IMG/VR virus record: IMGVR_UViG_3300042731_001312
Location: 1 to 64,000 of that record
DNA from: a virus
DNA: 64,000 nucleotides
Strand: one strand, 5' to 3'
Shown here: piece after piece, positions 8,564 through 18,127 of the stretch
Layout: every line of letters starts with the position of its first letter
Position numbering within the stretch: position 1 is the first letter of the stretch
The notes under the pieces: model-generated
Told to the model about the DNA's origin: nothing
The model's database searches: none
The model's input: the letters and a program-made list of their open reading frames with translations, nothing else
Program-made: the position numbers and the translations under genes

Positions 8564-10363
8564 ATGCCATTAGTTTTAGATAGTGTAACATCTACCACGC
8601 CACCTAAATATATTTACGAAGACGACGAAACTGGTAAAATGACAGTTAGTAATCGTAAATTAAATTCAGACGGCACGCCATACACACCTCCTAGTACAAA
8701 TCAAGAGGCTACTGCTAATACAGACATTGCTGCAGCTGGGGCTGAACCAGAAGAGCAACAAGAAGCTGTTGCTGCTGGTAATACTACTACGTCTCCAGCA
8801 CCTCCTATTAATCCTAAGTCTTTATATGGTGAAAACCCATTAGCTTCTAAAGCTTATGAGGTAAAAGATCCGGATAAAACTATTCCTGGCATAAATACTG
8901 TTAGATCTAAATCTAACGCATGGGCTCTGTTAAACTATAGAAACCATGCAAGTGGTGTAAGTAAGAATGACCCTAAATTTAAAGAGTGGAACGCAGCAAC
9001 AATTCACGGTGATGAGGATAATATCTTAAACCCTACTGCTAAGCGTATTGTTGAGTATTCTCAAAATAAAGGTGGTGTAGGATTCACATATTCATATAGA
9101 GACTTTATTCAGGCAGAACACTATGGCCAAATCTCTAATGACTTCTTAATTACTTTAAGAAGATTCTCATTTCCAGTAGGTGATGATATTGTTAATGCTA
9201 GAACTTACGATGATACCGGCCAAGAGTTAGACATTTCAGAACCTGATTTAGCTAGAGCAATCACTTGGCTCTCTCCTAAATTAGGAAATGATATGAAAGA
9301 AATACTTAAGTTTGGTACTGGATTTGGATGGCAAGATGTTGAATCTTCAGTACAAACAGTAACTGGTGCTAGCAATGATAAAAGAAGAGGTACTTTAGGT
9401 TCTCTTATCGATGGTAATCCTGTTTCAAAAGCCGTTGAGTCCGGAGCTAATGGATATACAGCTGCGCAGGCTGATGCAATTAGAGAGAAGGGTAATGGTT
9501 TTGATGGATTAAGTGCTACTTATCCAAACCATGTGTACGGGCCATATAATAAAATAGCATCGGTACGAGCAAGAGACGAAAAGGGACTTAAGTTTGAAAA
9601 TGACTTTACTCTTAATTTCTATTATGACTTAAGAGGATTTGATAATACATCTCCTAGAGTAGTATTCATGGATGTACTCTCTAATTTACTAGCTATGACA
9701 TATAACAATGCTCCTTTCTGGGGCGGTGCTGTTAGAGGAACAGGTTCTGGTTCTACTGGTAAACCATTTGGTGACTTTAGTAAATTAAAATCAGGTGATT
9801 ATAGTGGATATTTAAAATCACTAGGTAGTCAATTAAAGTCTATGGGTAGTAACATTATTGGCGATTTAGGTAATGCAGTTCAGGGCTTAAAGAACGGTAA
9901 AGGTATTAATGCACTTGGTGACTCTAAGATCTTAGACAACGTGATTGGAGGTAGTCTTATGAAAATGATGGGCTCGCCTTCTTCAGGAGATATTATTAAA
10001 GCGTTCTTAACAGGTGACCCTACTGGACAATGGCACTTAACAATTGGTAACCCAATGAACCCAATGTTAGTATGTGGTAACCTGTGTTTAGAAGATGCTA
10101 AATTTGAATTCGAGGGTCCAGTTGGATATGAAGGTTTCCCTTCTAAACTAAAGATGACAGTGACACTAAAACCAGGTAGACCTAGAGATAAATCAGAGAT
10201 TGAATCTATGTTTAATGCTGGTAGAGGTAGAATGTACTTACAACCAGAAGTAGACGGTAAGTCTCTAGATGATGTAGTAGATATGTCACAATATGGAAAT
10301 AAAGACAGAAGTAGAATGTCTGGTAACAGATACGTTACTAGGTCAAACATGTCAAACGGCTAA
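8564..10363 (+). CDS. Putative baseplate/tail-tube initiator protein (gp48/gp54-like)
   Basis: First gene of the baseplate module, upstream of the gp53-like gene; tube-like C-terminal strands (FTLNFYYDLR...LKMTVTLK). Confidence 0.45.
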   Translation: MPLVLDSVTSTTPPKYIYEDDETGKMTVSNRKLNSDGTPYTPPSTNQEATANTDIAAAGAEPEEQQEAVAAGNTTTSPAPPINPKSLYGENPLASKAYEVKDPDKTIPGINTVRSKSNAWALLNYRNHASGVSKNDPKFKEWNAATIHGDEDNILNPTAKRIVEYSQNKGGVGFTYSYRDFIQAEHYGQISNDFLITLRRFSFPVGDDIVNARTYDDTGQELDISEPDLARAITWLSPKLGNDMKEILKFGTGFGWQDVESSVQTVTGASNDKRRGTLGSLIDGNPVSKAVESGANGYTAAQADAIREKGNGFDGLSATYPNHVYGPYNKIASVRARDEKGLKFENDFTLNFYYDLRGFDNTSPRVVFMDVLSNLLAMTYNNAPFWGGAVRGTGSGSTGKPFGDFSKLKSGDYSGYLKSLGSQLKSMGSNIIGDLGNAVQGLKNGKGINALGDSKILDNVIGGSLMKMMGSPSSGDIIKAFLTGDPTGQWHLTIGNPMNPMLVCGNLCLEDAKFEFEGPVGYEGFPSKLKMTVTLKPGRPRDKSEIESMFNAGRGRMYLQPEVDGKSLDDVVDMSQYGNKDRSRMSGNRYVTRSNMSNG

Positions 10364-10368
10364 TTAAT

Positions 10369-11193
10369 ATGAAATTTAGAAGTTTATATAGAAAGTCGGC
10401 AGACGAGACTAAGTATATCTTAGCGCAACCTACTATGATATTCACACAGAATAAAGCAAATGTAGTGTATCGCGAGCATGTGGTTAGAGAAGACGAGGTA
10501 ACTAGACCTGATCTAATTGCACTAGAATACTATGGTGGAGAAGACCACGTTGATTACCTATTGAAATGGAATGGTATTTCTGATCCGTTTTCACTACAAC
10601 CCGGGGATGTGTTAGAAATTCCGCCAGCAGGATTACCGATCTCAACACTGGAGAGACCTGCAGCATTCGAAGACAACCCTATTAAGAATCAATTTATCCA
10701 GGGTAAAAGACTTCAGGAGAAAGATAAAAGAAGGCTGGATGCCCTAAAAAAGAAATATAATAAAGAGACTCTTCTACCGCCTAACGTAATTCCGGTTGGT
10801 AAGAAGAACTATAAGTTTGATAAAGAAGGCAACATTATTTTTGGTGCACAGGCTCAAAATGCTGATGTTAACCCTGCTAATTTAAGTCAGTCTACAGTTG
10901 ACCCAGTTGACCCAGTAGTTGATGAGGTATTAAATGATATTGCAGGGGGTGGTGTAGGTATTACATCAGGCTCTGGTTCCGGAAGTGGTTTCGGTGGCGG
11001 TGCGGGCTTAACTCAAACTCAGTTAGAAAAATTATTAAACGAGAACGTCGGTAAAGGTAAGACATCTTCTGGTTCAGGTGGTGGTAGAGGTAATTCTGCT
11101 ACTGAAAGTGCTACAAACGCTGGCTCTGGCGATGCACCAGAATCTACAAATAATGCAGATGGTGTATCTAACGACGGAGCTCCTTGTAACTAA
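10369..11193 (+). CDS. Baseplate wedge protein, gp53/LysM-like, with a Gly/Ser-rich tail
   Basis: RPDLIALEYYG....DYLLKWNGISDPFSLQPGDVLEIP. Confidence 0.75.
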   Translation: MKFRSLYRKSADETKYILAQPTMIFTQNKANVVYREHVVREDEVTRPDLIALEYYGGEDHVDYLLKWNGISDPFSLQPGDVLEIPPAGLPISTLERPAAFEDNPIKNQFIQGKRLQEKDKRRLDALKKKYNKETLLPPNVIPVGKKNYKFDKEGNIIFGAQAQNADVNPANLSQSTVDPVDPVVDEVLNDIAGGGVGITSGSGSGSGFGGGAGLTQTQLEKLLNENVGKGKTSSGSGGGRGNSATESATNAGSGDAPESTNNADGVSNDGAPCN

Positions 11194-11202
11194 TAAAAGA
11201 AG

Positions 11203-12729
11203 ATGGAGTTAGATAATCATATCTTAGCGGTAGTAGAACCAGCTATTCTACCTACTGAAATTAAATTCGATGCGCTGGCAGAAGAATCAGGCTCTGATAA
11301 CTTAGATAAGCAGTCTAAAGAGATGGGTGTGCTAGAACCCCTTATCGTTTGTAATGATATTCAGATTCCACCTAATGATATTCAGTCATTTGAGTTAAAG
11401 TTAAATGGATTAATACCTAGATGTGAGATTTCATTTGAAGATCGCGAAGGTAACTTTAGTGTGGACTCAATGCCAAGAGATGGCGACCACTTTACTCTTT
11501 TATTAAACTCAAAGCATCAAGAGACTTTTAAGTCAGTCCACATGGACTTTGATATTGTAGATGTAAAGCAACAGCCCATGCCAGCTGGTGTACAAGGAGG
11601 ATCTGTTATTGCATTACAGGGTATTACAAAAATACCTAAGCTATACGGCGAAGAATGTCAGGTATTAGATGCAGATACATCTTTAAGCCATTTAGAAACT
11701 TTAGTAAGAGATTTACAAATAGGTCTTGCTACTAACGTGGACGCTACTGATGATTCTCAGTCTAGAATCCAGGCGTATGAAACCTATATGGATTTTATTA
11801 AAAATATTATGGATAATGCTTATATCTCTGATGAGGCATTTGTTAAATGGTATATTGACCAATATTATTATTTAAACTTTGTAGATATTAATAAGATTTT
11901 TAATTCTAAAAATCCTAGCCTAGATGAGGTAACTAAATCTTTAACTTCATTCGCAGTATCTTTACAGGCTGAAGGTGGCTCTGATGAAACCACTGACGCT
12001 GACAATATTGAAGTACCTATGTTATTAACTAACCATAAGGATTTTAGTTCTTTAAGCTGTTATATTGAGGCACATGAATTGATTAATAACTCACAAAAAG
12101 TTAGTTTAACTGCAGGTAACGCTAGGAACATACAATTTTATGATAACAACTCTGATAAAGGTGAAAGATTCCAGGAGTTCAAGATTGAACCACTACAAAG
12201 CGAAAACTTATCTGAGTTAGACGAACCACTAAAAGGTAATAGAAAAGACGAAAGGTATAAAGACCAAGTCAAATACAAATATATGGGTAGACAAAACGCC
12301 GGTGATGATGGTCTAGGTAATACTCATAAGAACGCTATTTACACAAAATTACACAATAAGCAAAACCAAATGGAGATTGAGAAGATGAAGCTAAAGGTAT
12401 CAGTACCTGGCTTTAATCCATCAATCTATAAATTTTGTAAGATACCGGTCTTGATGTACCATTATGATTCTATTAAGATTGAGGCTGAAAAAACAGCGGA
12501 TAGATTTAGAGAGGAAGCAGGTTTAAAAGAACGCCCAATGGGTGCGACAAAACCGACTGATGTTGAGGATCAAGACTACGATCAAATGATGGATAAGTTT
12601 TTAACAGGTTTTTATATTGTTGAAACGATAGACTATGAGTTTGATCCAGAGGTTGGGATAACCACAAAGATGACTTTAATTAGAAGAGAATGGCCTACTA
12701 GATCTAGTAATCTAAGACCAGAAAATTAA
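11203..12729 (+). CDS. Putative baseplate hub protein (gp27/GpD-like)
   Basis: Lies between gp53-like and gp5-like genes; C-terminal LTGFYIVETIDY...TKMTLIRREW. Confidence 0.55.
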   Translation: MELDNHILAVVEPAILPTEIKFDALAEESGSDNLDKQSKEMGVLEPLIVCNDIQIPPNDIQSFELKLNGLIPRCEISFEDREGNFSVDSMPRDGDHFTLLLNSKHQETFKSVHMDFDIVDVKQQPMPAGVQGGSVIALQGITKIPKLYGEECQVLDADTSLSHLETLVRDLQIGLATNVDATDDSQSRIQAYETYMDFIKNIMDNAYISDEAFVKWYIDQYYYLNFVDINKIFNSKNPSLDEVTKSLTSFAVSLQAEGGSDETTDADNIEVPMLLTNHKDFSSLSCYIEAHELINNSQKVSLTAGNARNIQFYDNNSDKGERFQEFKIEPLQSENLSELDEPLKGNRKDERYKDQVKYKYMGRQNAGDDGLGNTHKNAIYTKLHNKQNQMEIEKMKLKVSVPGFNPSIYKFCKIPVLMYHYDSIKIEAEKTADRFREEAGLKERPMGATKPTDVEDQDYDQMMDKFLTGFYIVETIDYEFDPEVGITTKMTLIRREWPTRSSNLRPEN

Positions 12730-12741
12730 GATAGATAATCT

Positions 12742-14178
12742 ATGGCAGATTTAAGTAGAAATGCATTTAGAAAAGGAGCAAGGATTAGAACGATCCATGA
12801 GGATCCTACGTATCTGACCTTTATGTTTCTTTTCCACCAACACGACCATCCTGATGTTGGGCACTCGCCCCTACTTGATGGTTCAGCAGAACGTTATCTA
12901 ACTCAAGTAGTTAGAACCGATGTAGGTGAGAAGTATGCTGAAAACTTAAGGAATTTCAATAGGGTCTTGATGAAGGTTAATAGAGAAATGCCCTGGTTCT
13001 GGCAGAGTCTAAAGGGGCTTGAAGTCGCACTTAACTATGGTGATATGCTAGAGCCATGGAGAGGCGCTGAAAAACCAGCATTAGAGATCGAATGTCTAGA
13101 AGAGAATGTTGAACTTACAGCAATTGGTCTAATGGATCTATATAAGAGGGCATGTTTTGACTTTGAGAGATTCGTTGAAGTGGTACCTAGAAATTTAAGA
13201 GAATTTACAATGGATGTATACGTCTCTGAGATTAGAGTCTTCCAGAAAGATACAGACGCTAGAAACCTAGGTATTACTGATAATCCTGATTCTAGATTAA
13301 ACTCTGCTAATACAGGCGGTGGCACGATTACAGAATTACATAAAGGATTTAATACTGATACTGTAGGTGATAGTGCAGAGGCGAGACCATTCTTAGCATT
13401 GAGATTTACACATTGTGAATGGGATATTAACTCTATCGCGGACTACTTTGCGGATATGACTAGAAATCCAGAGGCGAAAAGACCTACCCTTAAAATTAAT
13501 TGGGGTACTTGTAGACAGATCAACCAGAAGTTAGGACCGAACTTATTTAACGAGAGTGTTGACGCACCTTCAGTACCTAGAACAGAAGATCTTGCAAATA
13601 CTGCAGTCGATCCAAAACAGACTCAGAGTACAGTTGCTGGTGATAGTAAAGACCCTAGCAATACTCAAAAATATGTGGATCTACTAAAGGATAGAACTTT
13701 GGGTAAAGTAGAATCTACATTGGCTGATGCTAGAGATTCAGCAACAGCTGCGTTTGGTAACTTAAAAGACTCGGTTGGCTTAGATGCTAATGGATTAGAT
13801 AATGTACATGGTAATCCTATTGGTGGCGCTGCTGCTAATCTATTAAACCAGGCTGAAGAGGCGGTTTTAGGTAGATTATTACTGGGTAATGTACATGGCC
13901 TTGGAAATAAGATTAATAATATAGCTGCTGCGATTCAAACCGGTAGCCTTAATTCTATAGCAAACGTAATTGGAGATCTAGTTGGTGCTAAAACTACAGC
14001 TGCAGGTGCCTTAGGCAATGCATTAGATGGTGTGATCGATAATGTCGTCGACTTTGTTGAAGACAATGTATACGACCCGACTCCGCCAGACACAGACGGT
14101 CCTATCTCTCCTAAGAGAGTTTATGACGATATACCACCAGACCAAGATGGTCCAATAAATGAGAATGTCCATGAATGA
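12742..14178 (+). CDS. Putative tail tube-like/baseplate structural protein
   Basis: Context within the baseplate module; tube-like N-terminal half. Confidence 0.45.
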   Translation: MADLSRNAFRKGARIRTIHEDPTYLTFMFLFHQHDHPDVGHSPLLDGSAERYLTQVVRTDVGEKYAENLRNFNRVLMKVNREMPWFWQSLKGLEVALNYGDMLEPWRGAEKPALEIECLEENVELTAIGLMDLYKRACFDFERFVEVVPRNLREFTMDVYVSEIRVFQKDTDARNLGITDNPDSRLNSANTGGGTITELHKGFNTDTVGDSAEARPFLALRFTHCEWDINSIADYFADMTRNPEAKRPTLKINWGTCRQINQKLGPNLFNESVDAPSVPRTEDLANTAVDPKQTQSTVAGDSKDPSNTQKYVDLLKDRTLGKVESTLADARDSATAAFGNLKDSVGLDANGLDNVHGNPIGGAAANLLNQAEEAVLGRLLLGNVHGLGNKINNIAAAIQTGSLNSIANVIGDLVGAKTTAAGALGNALDGVIDNVVDFVEDNVYDPTPPDTDGPISPKRVYDDIPPDQDGPINENVHE

Positions 14179-14887
14179 TAAAGAACTTTTTAGAGACAAT
14201 TTACGAGAGACACATTGGCTTGGAGAAGTGGTTATTAATGAGGACCCTCTACTTCAGGGCAGATGTCGTATAAAAGTATTTGGTAAATTTGATAAACTAC
14301 CAGACGATCAGATTCCATGGGCCACGCCTATGAATAGAGATCAGGTAGGCGCACACTCCGTACCTAGGGTTGGAGATATTGTTGCCGTTAGATTTGATAA
14401 TGGCAACATCTATCACCCAGAATACTGGTTCCAAGTAGATCAGAATGACGACTTAAAGGCAGATATTCTAGAAGCGTCTGACGCTCCGCACGATGTTATA
14501 TCTTTAGTCTACGATGCAGAACGTAATCTAAGAATTTACCATTCACCAGAGGATGGTCTTGTAATTACAAGAGGTTCTGGTGCAAAGGAGAGACCCATGC
14601 TTCAGATCGATGAAGATGGTTATATTAAAATCTCTACGGGTGAAAAGGTATTCTTAGACTGTGGTGATATTTTTGTGTCAAACACTGGCGAGGGCGGTGC
14701 TGATGAGACCGAGCCCGCAGTAAGAGGTCAATCTCTACAAGACTGGCTACAAGCTCTATTAGATGACTATAATGCTCACATTCACCCGACTGGTGTTGGA
14801 CCTTCTGGTCCTCCAATGCCGCCAACACCGGCAACAGTTGCAAAATTATCTAGTACTCATATTAACTATCAACAAAAGAACAAGTAA
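14171..14887 (+). CDS. Baseplate central spike, gp5/VgrG-type OB fold
   Basis: GEVVINEDPLLQGRCRIKVFG..D...IPWA....VP.VGDIV.V.F; C-terminal HIH metal-binding tip motif. Confidence 0.85.
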   Translation: MNDKELFRDNLRETHWLGEVVINEDPLLQGRCRIKVFGKFDKLPDDQIPWATPMNRDQVGAHSVPRVGDIVAVRFDNGNIYHPEYWFQVDQNDDLKADILEASDAPHDVISLVYDAERNLRIYHSPEDGLVITRGSGAKERPMLQIDEDGYIKISTGEKVFLDCGDIFVSNTGEGGADETEPAVRGQSLQDWLQALLDDYNAHIHPTGVGPSGPPMPPTPATVAKLSSTHINYQQKNK

Positions 14888-14889
14888 TC

Positions 14890-16722
14890 ATGCCTGCACT
14901 TTGGCCTAAATTCATTCCTGACTTGGCCAACACGATTTCAAGTCAGCAGTTTACGAAACCAGGTGGAGCGATTGTGTCTTACGACCTCCCTGAGTTTAAG
15001 TCCGAGATAGGTAATCCCCTTAATGCTAGTTTAAAATCTAATCCAGCAGAATATGTTAATGTAATTAATCCAAACCCTCTATCTGGTAGATATGATTTTG
15101 GTGTAAAGGTTGCTGAACACTATATCGAGGCTGTTAAGAATTATGCACAGACACATGTTGCTGAGTTCCATACTAATAATCCTGCAGCTGAGACGATCTT
15201 AAAGCAGGGGTATGGTATTGCATTCGAGAGGCTATTGAAAGAGGGTGACATACCTCTAATGGACCAGTACGATGAAGATGGTAATCTTATCGAAATGGGT
15301 AAAGAGTCACATCCAGCCTACGCAGATTTCTGCCCTGAAGTTGAACCACCAACTGAAGAAGAGTTGGCCGAGATGGAAAAAGATAATGATAAGGCATTTA
15401 ACCAGTTTGTAGCAGATGCTAAGGATGAGTACGATCTATATCGTTTTAATTTCTATCAGTTCCCATGTCTAAGTGGTAAAGAGACTCAAGAAGAGATTGA
15501 AAAGATTTTTGCTACTAGGATATTACAGGGTTACGAGTTAATGGGTTCTGCAAACAATCGATGGAAATATTTCGGATGGGTTTGTCATATAGGTAGTGCA
15601 AATTATTCTAACAATTCAAGTGGAATTACTGGATTTTCAGGCTTTCCTAATGGACCATATCGTAGTATTAATAATCAGGCTAGAGCTGATATTGAAGATG
15701 CTGGTTATGATTGGGAAAAGCTAGCCGATAATGTATCTGATATTGCCAAGGCTGCAATCTTAGACGCGCATGGCGAAGTAGATACTAGTAATATGAGCAA
15801 CTGGAATTCTAACCAGGCTAATAAGATAGAATCTAGAATTAAGAGAGCTGCTAGTAAAGCTATTGTATATCCGATCGAAGATGCATGTGAACTTAATCCA
15901 TATAAGATTCAAGTAGCTCATGATTTCGAGGGTAATGATGATTTCCCAAGTCAAAGACCTAAGATCTTAACATCAAATGTAGTCGCATGTTTTACCTACC
16001 ACCCAGATAGGCAGTCCGGTAGCTTAGAGATTTCTAATGAAACTAAAGCCCTATTTGTAAAGGATAAAAAGAAATACGATAAACGCAAGTCTTGGGTTAA
16101 GAATAAGTACGAGGATTTTGAGTGGAAAGAGAAGTGGAGAAAAGTACCTGAGAATAAATTGAGAGCAGCTGCACAAAAAGCAGACGCACAGAAAGCGTTC
16201 TTTGAGATTGACCCACTACCAGAAGGCACTCTATTTAAGTTTGAATATCATAGAGCTCTTTGTGCTAAAAAAGCAGCTGAAGCTTGTGAGGAACCAATGG
16301 CCGAGGTAGATTTTCCGTGGGAAGCAAGTGGCACCACGCCAGATGGTAAAGCCTATAGTGGAGATCCGTATATGATGATGGCTAGGGTGACAATCGCATA
16401 TTGGTATGCGTGTATTGTAAAACCATTTAAGAATATGCCGGCAGCGCCACCTGCCCTAATTGCACCGCCTCTTACAGGTATTTACATTCCAATCTATTAT
16501 GGCAGTGCAAACAGATTAGCAAATAATCTAAGAAGAGCCTGGAACACTGGCAAGTCTTTTAGCGTACTTCCTGCGCCTCAACCACCGGCATTGGCGGTAA
16601 GCACAGCAGTAGCAGGCGCGTATGCTCTACACCTGCTAGAATTTAAACTGCTTTATCTTGGAGGTATACCGACACCGGTTGGACCGGTACCGATGGTCGG
16701 CTTTGTGCCAATTGTATTTTAA
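14890..16722 (+). CDS. Hypothetical baseplate-associated protein
   Basis: 610 aa immediately after the spike gene; Pro-rich C-terminus. Confidence 0.6.
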   Translation: MPALWPKFIPDLANTISSQQFTKPGGAIVSYDLPEFKSEIGNPLNASLKSNPAEYVNVINPNPLSGRYDFGVKVAEHYIEAVKNYAQTHVAEFHTNNPAAETILKQGYGIAFERLLKEGDIPLMDQYDEDGNLIEMGKESHPAYADFCPEVEPPTEEELAEMEKDNDKAFNQFVADAKDEYDLYRFNFYQFPCLSGKETQEEIEKIFATRILQGYELMGSANNRWKYFGWVCHIGSANYSNNSSGITGFSGFPNGPYRSINNQARADIEDAGYDWEKLADNVSDIAKAAILDAHGEVDTSNMSNWNSNQANKIESRIKRAASKAIVYPIEDACELNPYKIQVAHDFEGNDDFPSQRPKILTSNVVACFTYHPDRQSGSLEISNETKALFVKDKKKYDKRKSWVKNKYEDFEWKEKWRKVPENKLRAAAQKADAQKAFFEIDPLPEGTLFKFEYHRALCAKKAAEACEEPMAEVDFPWEASGTTPDGKAYSGDPYMMMARVTIAYWYACIVKPFKNMPAAPPALIAPPLTGIYIPIYYGSANRLANNLRRAWNTGKSFSVLPAPQPPALAVSTAVAGAYALHLLEFKLLYLGGIPTPVGPVPMVGFVPIVF

Positions 16723-17129
16723 CCCCAATCTTTTTCAAAGGTATACCAATGGTCTGCAGACGCACAGTCGCGTAGTGCATCGAGAACCATATAAACCTTT
16801 TCGTCGATTGTTAGGTTGTTTAGAACGGCTCCTACGTGCATCTCGATTAACTCATCTGAGTTTAAGTAGGTAGACACGTGCTTTGCGATGCCAGTTACTA
16901 ATCGATAACTATTATCTTCAACGTTAGAGTATCTGGTGCCTGGGTGATAGTCTCCCCAGTTTTCAACTGAATTAGCATGTTCAATCATTTTATCCCAGAG
17001 TTTATCGCCGAGTAGATCTCGAACCTCTTGACAGATAGATTGAATTTGATCTCGGTGTTTAAGCACGGCGCCATAGCCTGAGCCACCGATACCATTACAT
17101 TTGATTTGTTTGTAGTTAAATTGTGCCAT
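16719..17129 (-). CDS. Hypothetical protein (reverse early island 1)
   Basis: 136-aa ORF whose stop overlaps the convergent stop (TTAA). Confidence 0.75.
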   Translation of the reverse strand: MAQFNYKQIKCNGIGGSGYGAVLKHRDQIQSICQEVRDLLGDKLWDKMIEHANSVENWGDYHPGTRYSNVEDNSYRLVTGIAKHVSTYLNSDELIEMHVGAVLNNLTIDEKVYMVLDALRDCASADHWYTFEKDWG

Positions 17130-17130
17130 A

Positions 17131-17607
17131 TTATTTAATTATTTCGATTGTCATGTTTTTAAAAGAGTCTTCCAGCTTGTAAGCGTTGTCGGCCCAAGTC
17201 TTAGATCCGATAGATCTCCAGTGGCCGTGGTCAGCCATCTTAGGGAATTGAGAGTGGATTGTTCCAATCTTGATGTTTTCCAAGATCGAGTTTTCAACGA
17301 TAACGAATTTGTTAGCTTTAATCGCCAAGGCGTTGACGTAAATATCTGTGTTAGGCAATTGAACTTGAAGAGTTTGAAGTGCATTCTTCTTCCACATACC
17401 AACTGCGTTGACTAGCTTGCTCTCTCCCTCAGAAATTACCATAAACCCAGCACGACATTTAGAGATTGCTCGGTATTTGTAAACAGTTTCATCCCAGTCC
17501 AGGTTGTAGTTTACAGTGTGGAATTTGTGATTCTTACCCCCGATGGTTTGATTGATCGAGAAGATGGTTTTTTTAGTGATTGGGCAGTTGTGTTCTTGAA
17601 TTGTCAT
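17131..17607 (-). CDS. Hypothetical protein (reverse early island 1)
   Basis: 158-aa ORF directly downstream of the conserved promoter cassette. Confidence 0.75.
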   Translation of the reverse strand: MTIQEHNCPITKKTIFSINQTIGGKNHKFHTVNYNLDWDETVYKYRAISKCRAGFMVISEGESKLVNAVGMWKKNALQTLQVQLPNTDIYVNALAIKANKFVIVENSILENIKIGTIHSQFPKMADHGHWRSIGSKTWADNAYKLEDSFKNMTIEIIK

Positions 17608-17618
17608 TTGTTTAACCG

Positions 17619-17642
17619 TTTAATTACAGTACTAATATAATA
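17619..17642 (-). promoter_or_regulatory. Putative early promoter core TATTATATTAGTACTGTAATTAAA (copy 1)
   Basis: 24-bp identity with 48146-48169(-) and 61898-61921(+). Confidence 0.85.
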
Positions 17643-17722
17643 CTTTTTTCTGACATAAAAAAATCTAGAGGCAATTATTTTGCCTAAAATGACAATTTTT
17701 TTGAGTATGATAAATAACTTAT

Positions 17723-18091
17723 ATGGAAACACCTATTGTAAAATACAGTGATAAGATACTGGATCGTCTAAGCATATTTATGCGTATTGGCGGTATAACA
17801 TTATGGCCCTATGTAATTCTAAGAGAGAAGTACAAAAAGCAGAGCTATTGGAAAAAGAGAGCTCCTAGAATTATTAACCATGAGTCCATTCATATTAAGC
17901 AACAAGAAGAGTTGCTGGTTATTCCGTTCTATCTGATCTATATGTTAGAGTGGTTTATTAAATTATTTGTATATGGCAAAGATGCCTACTATAATATCTC
18001 ATTTGAGAGAGAAGCTTATGATAACGACGATAACCTATCATACCTAAGTACTAGAAAACATTATGCTTGGATAAAAAGGATTATCAAGTAG
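17723..18091 (+). CDS. Small HExxH protein (putative metallopeptidase)
   Basis: GITLWPY, INHESIHIKQQ, AYYNISFEREAY. Confidence 0.65.
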   Translation: METPIVKYSDKILDRLSIFMRIGGITLWPYVILREKYKKQSYWKKRAPRIINHESIHIKQQEELLVIPFYLIYMLEWFIKLFVYGKDAYYNISFEREAYDNDDNLSYLSTRKHYAWIKRIIK

Positions 18092-18127
18092 ATATATAAT
18101 ATGTTATTACCTTTTAAATAAATTAAA

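Noticed and set aside
9880-10350. 156-aa minus-strand ORF and similar antisense ORFs (54623-55039, 55520-55957, 56168-56635)
   Set aside because: Nested almost entirely opposite long, well-supported genes, with the Ser/Leu/Phe-rich composition of shadow frames
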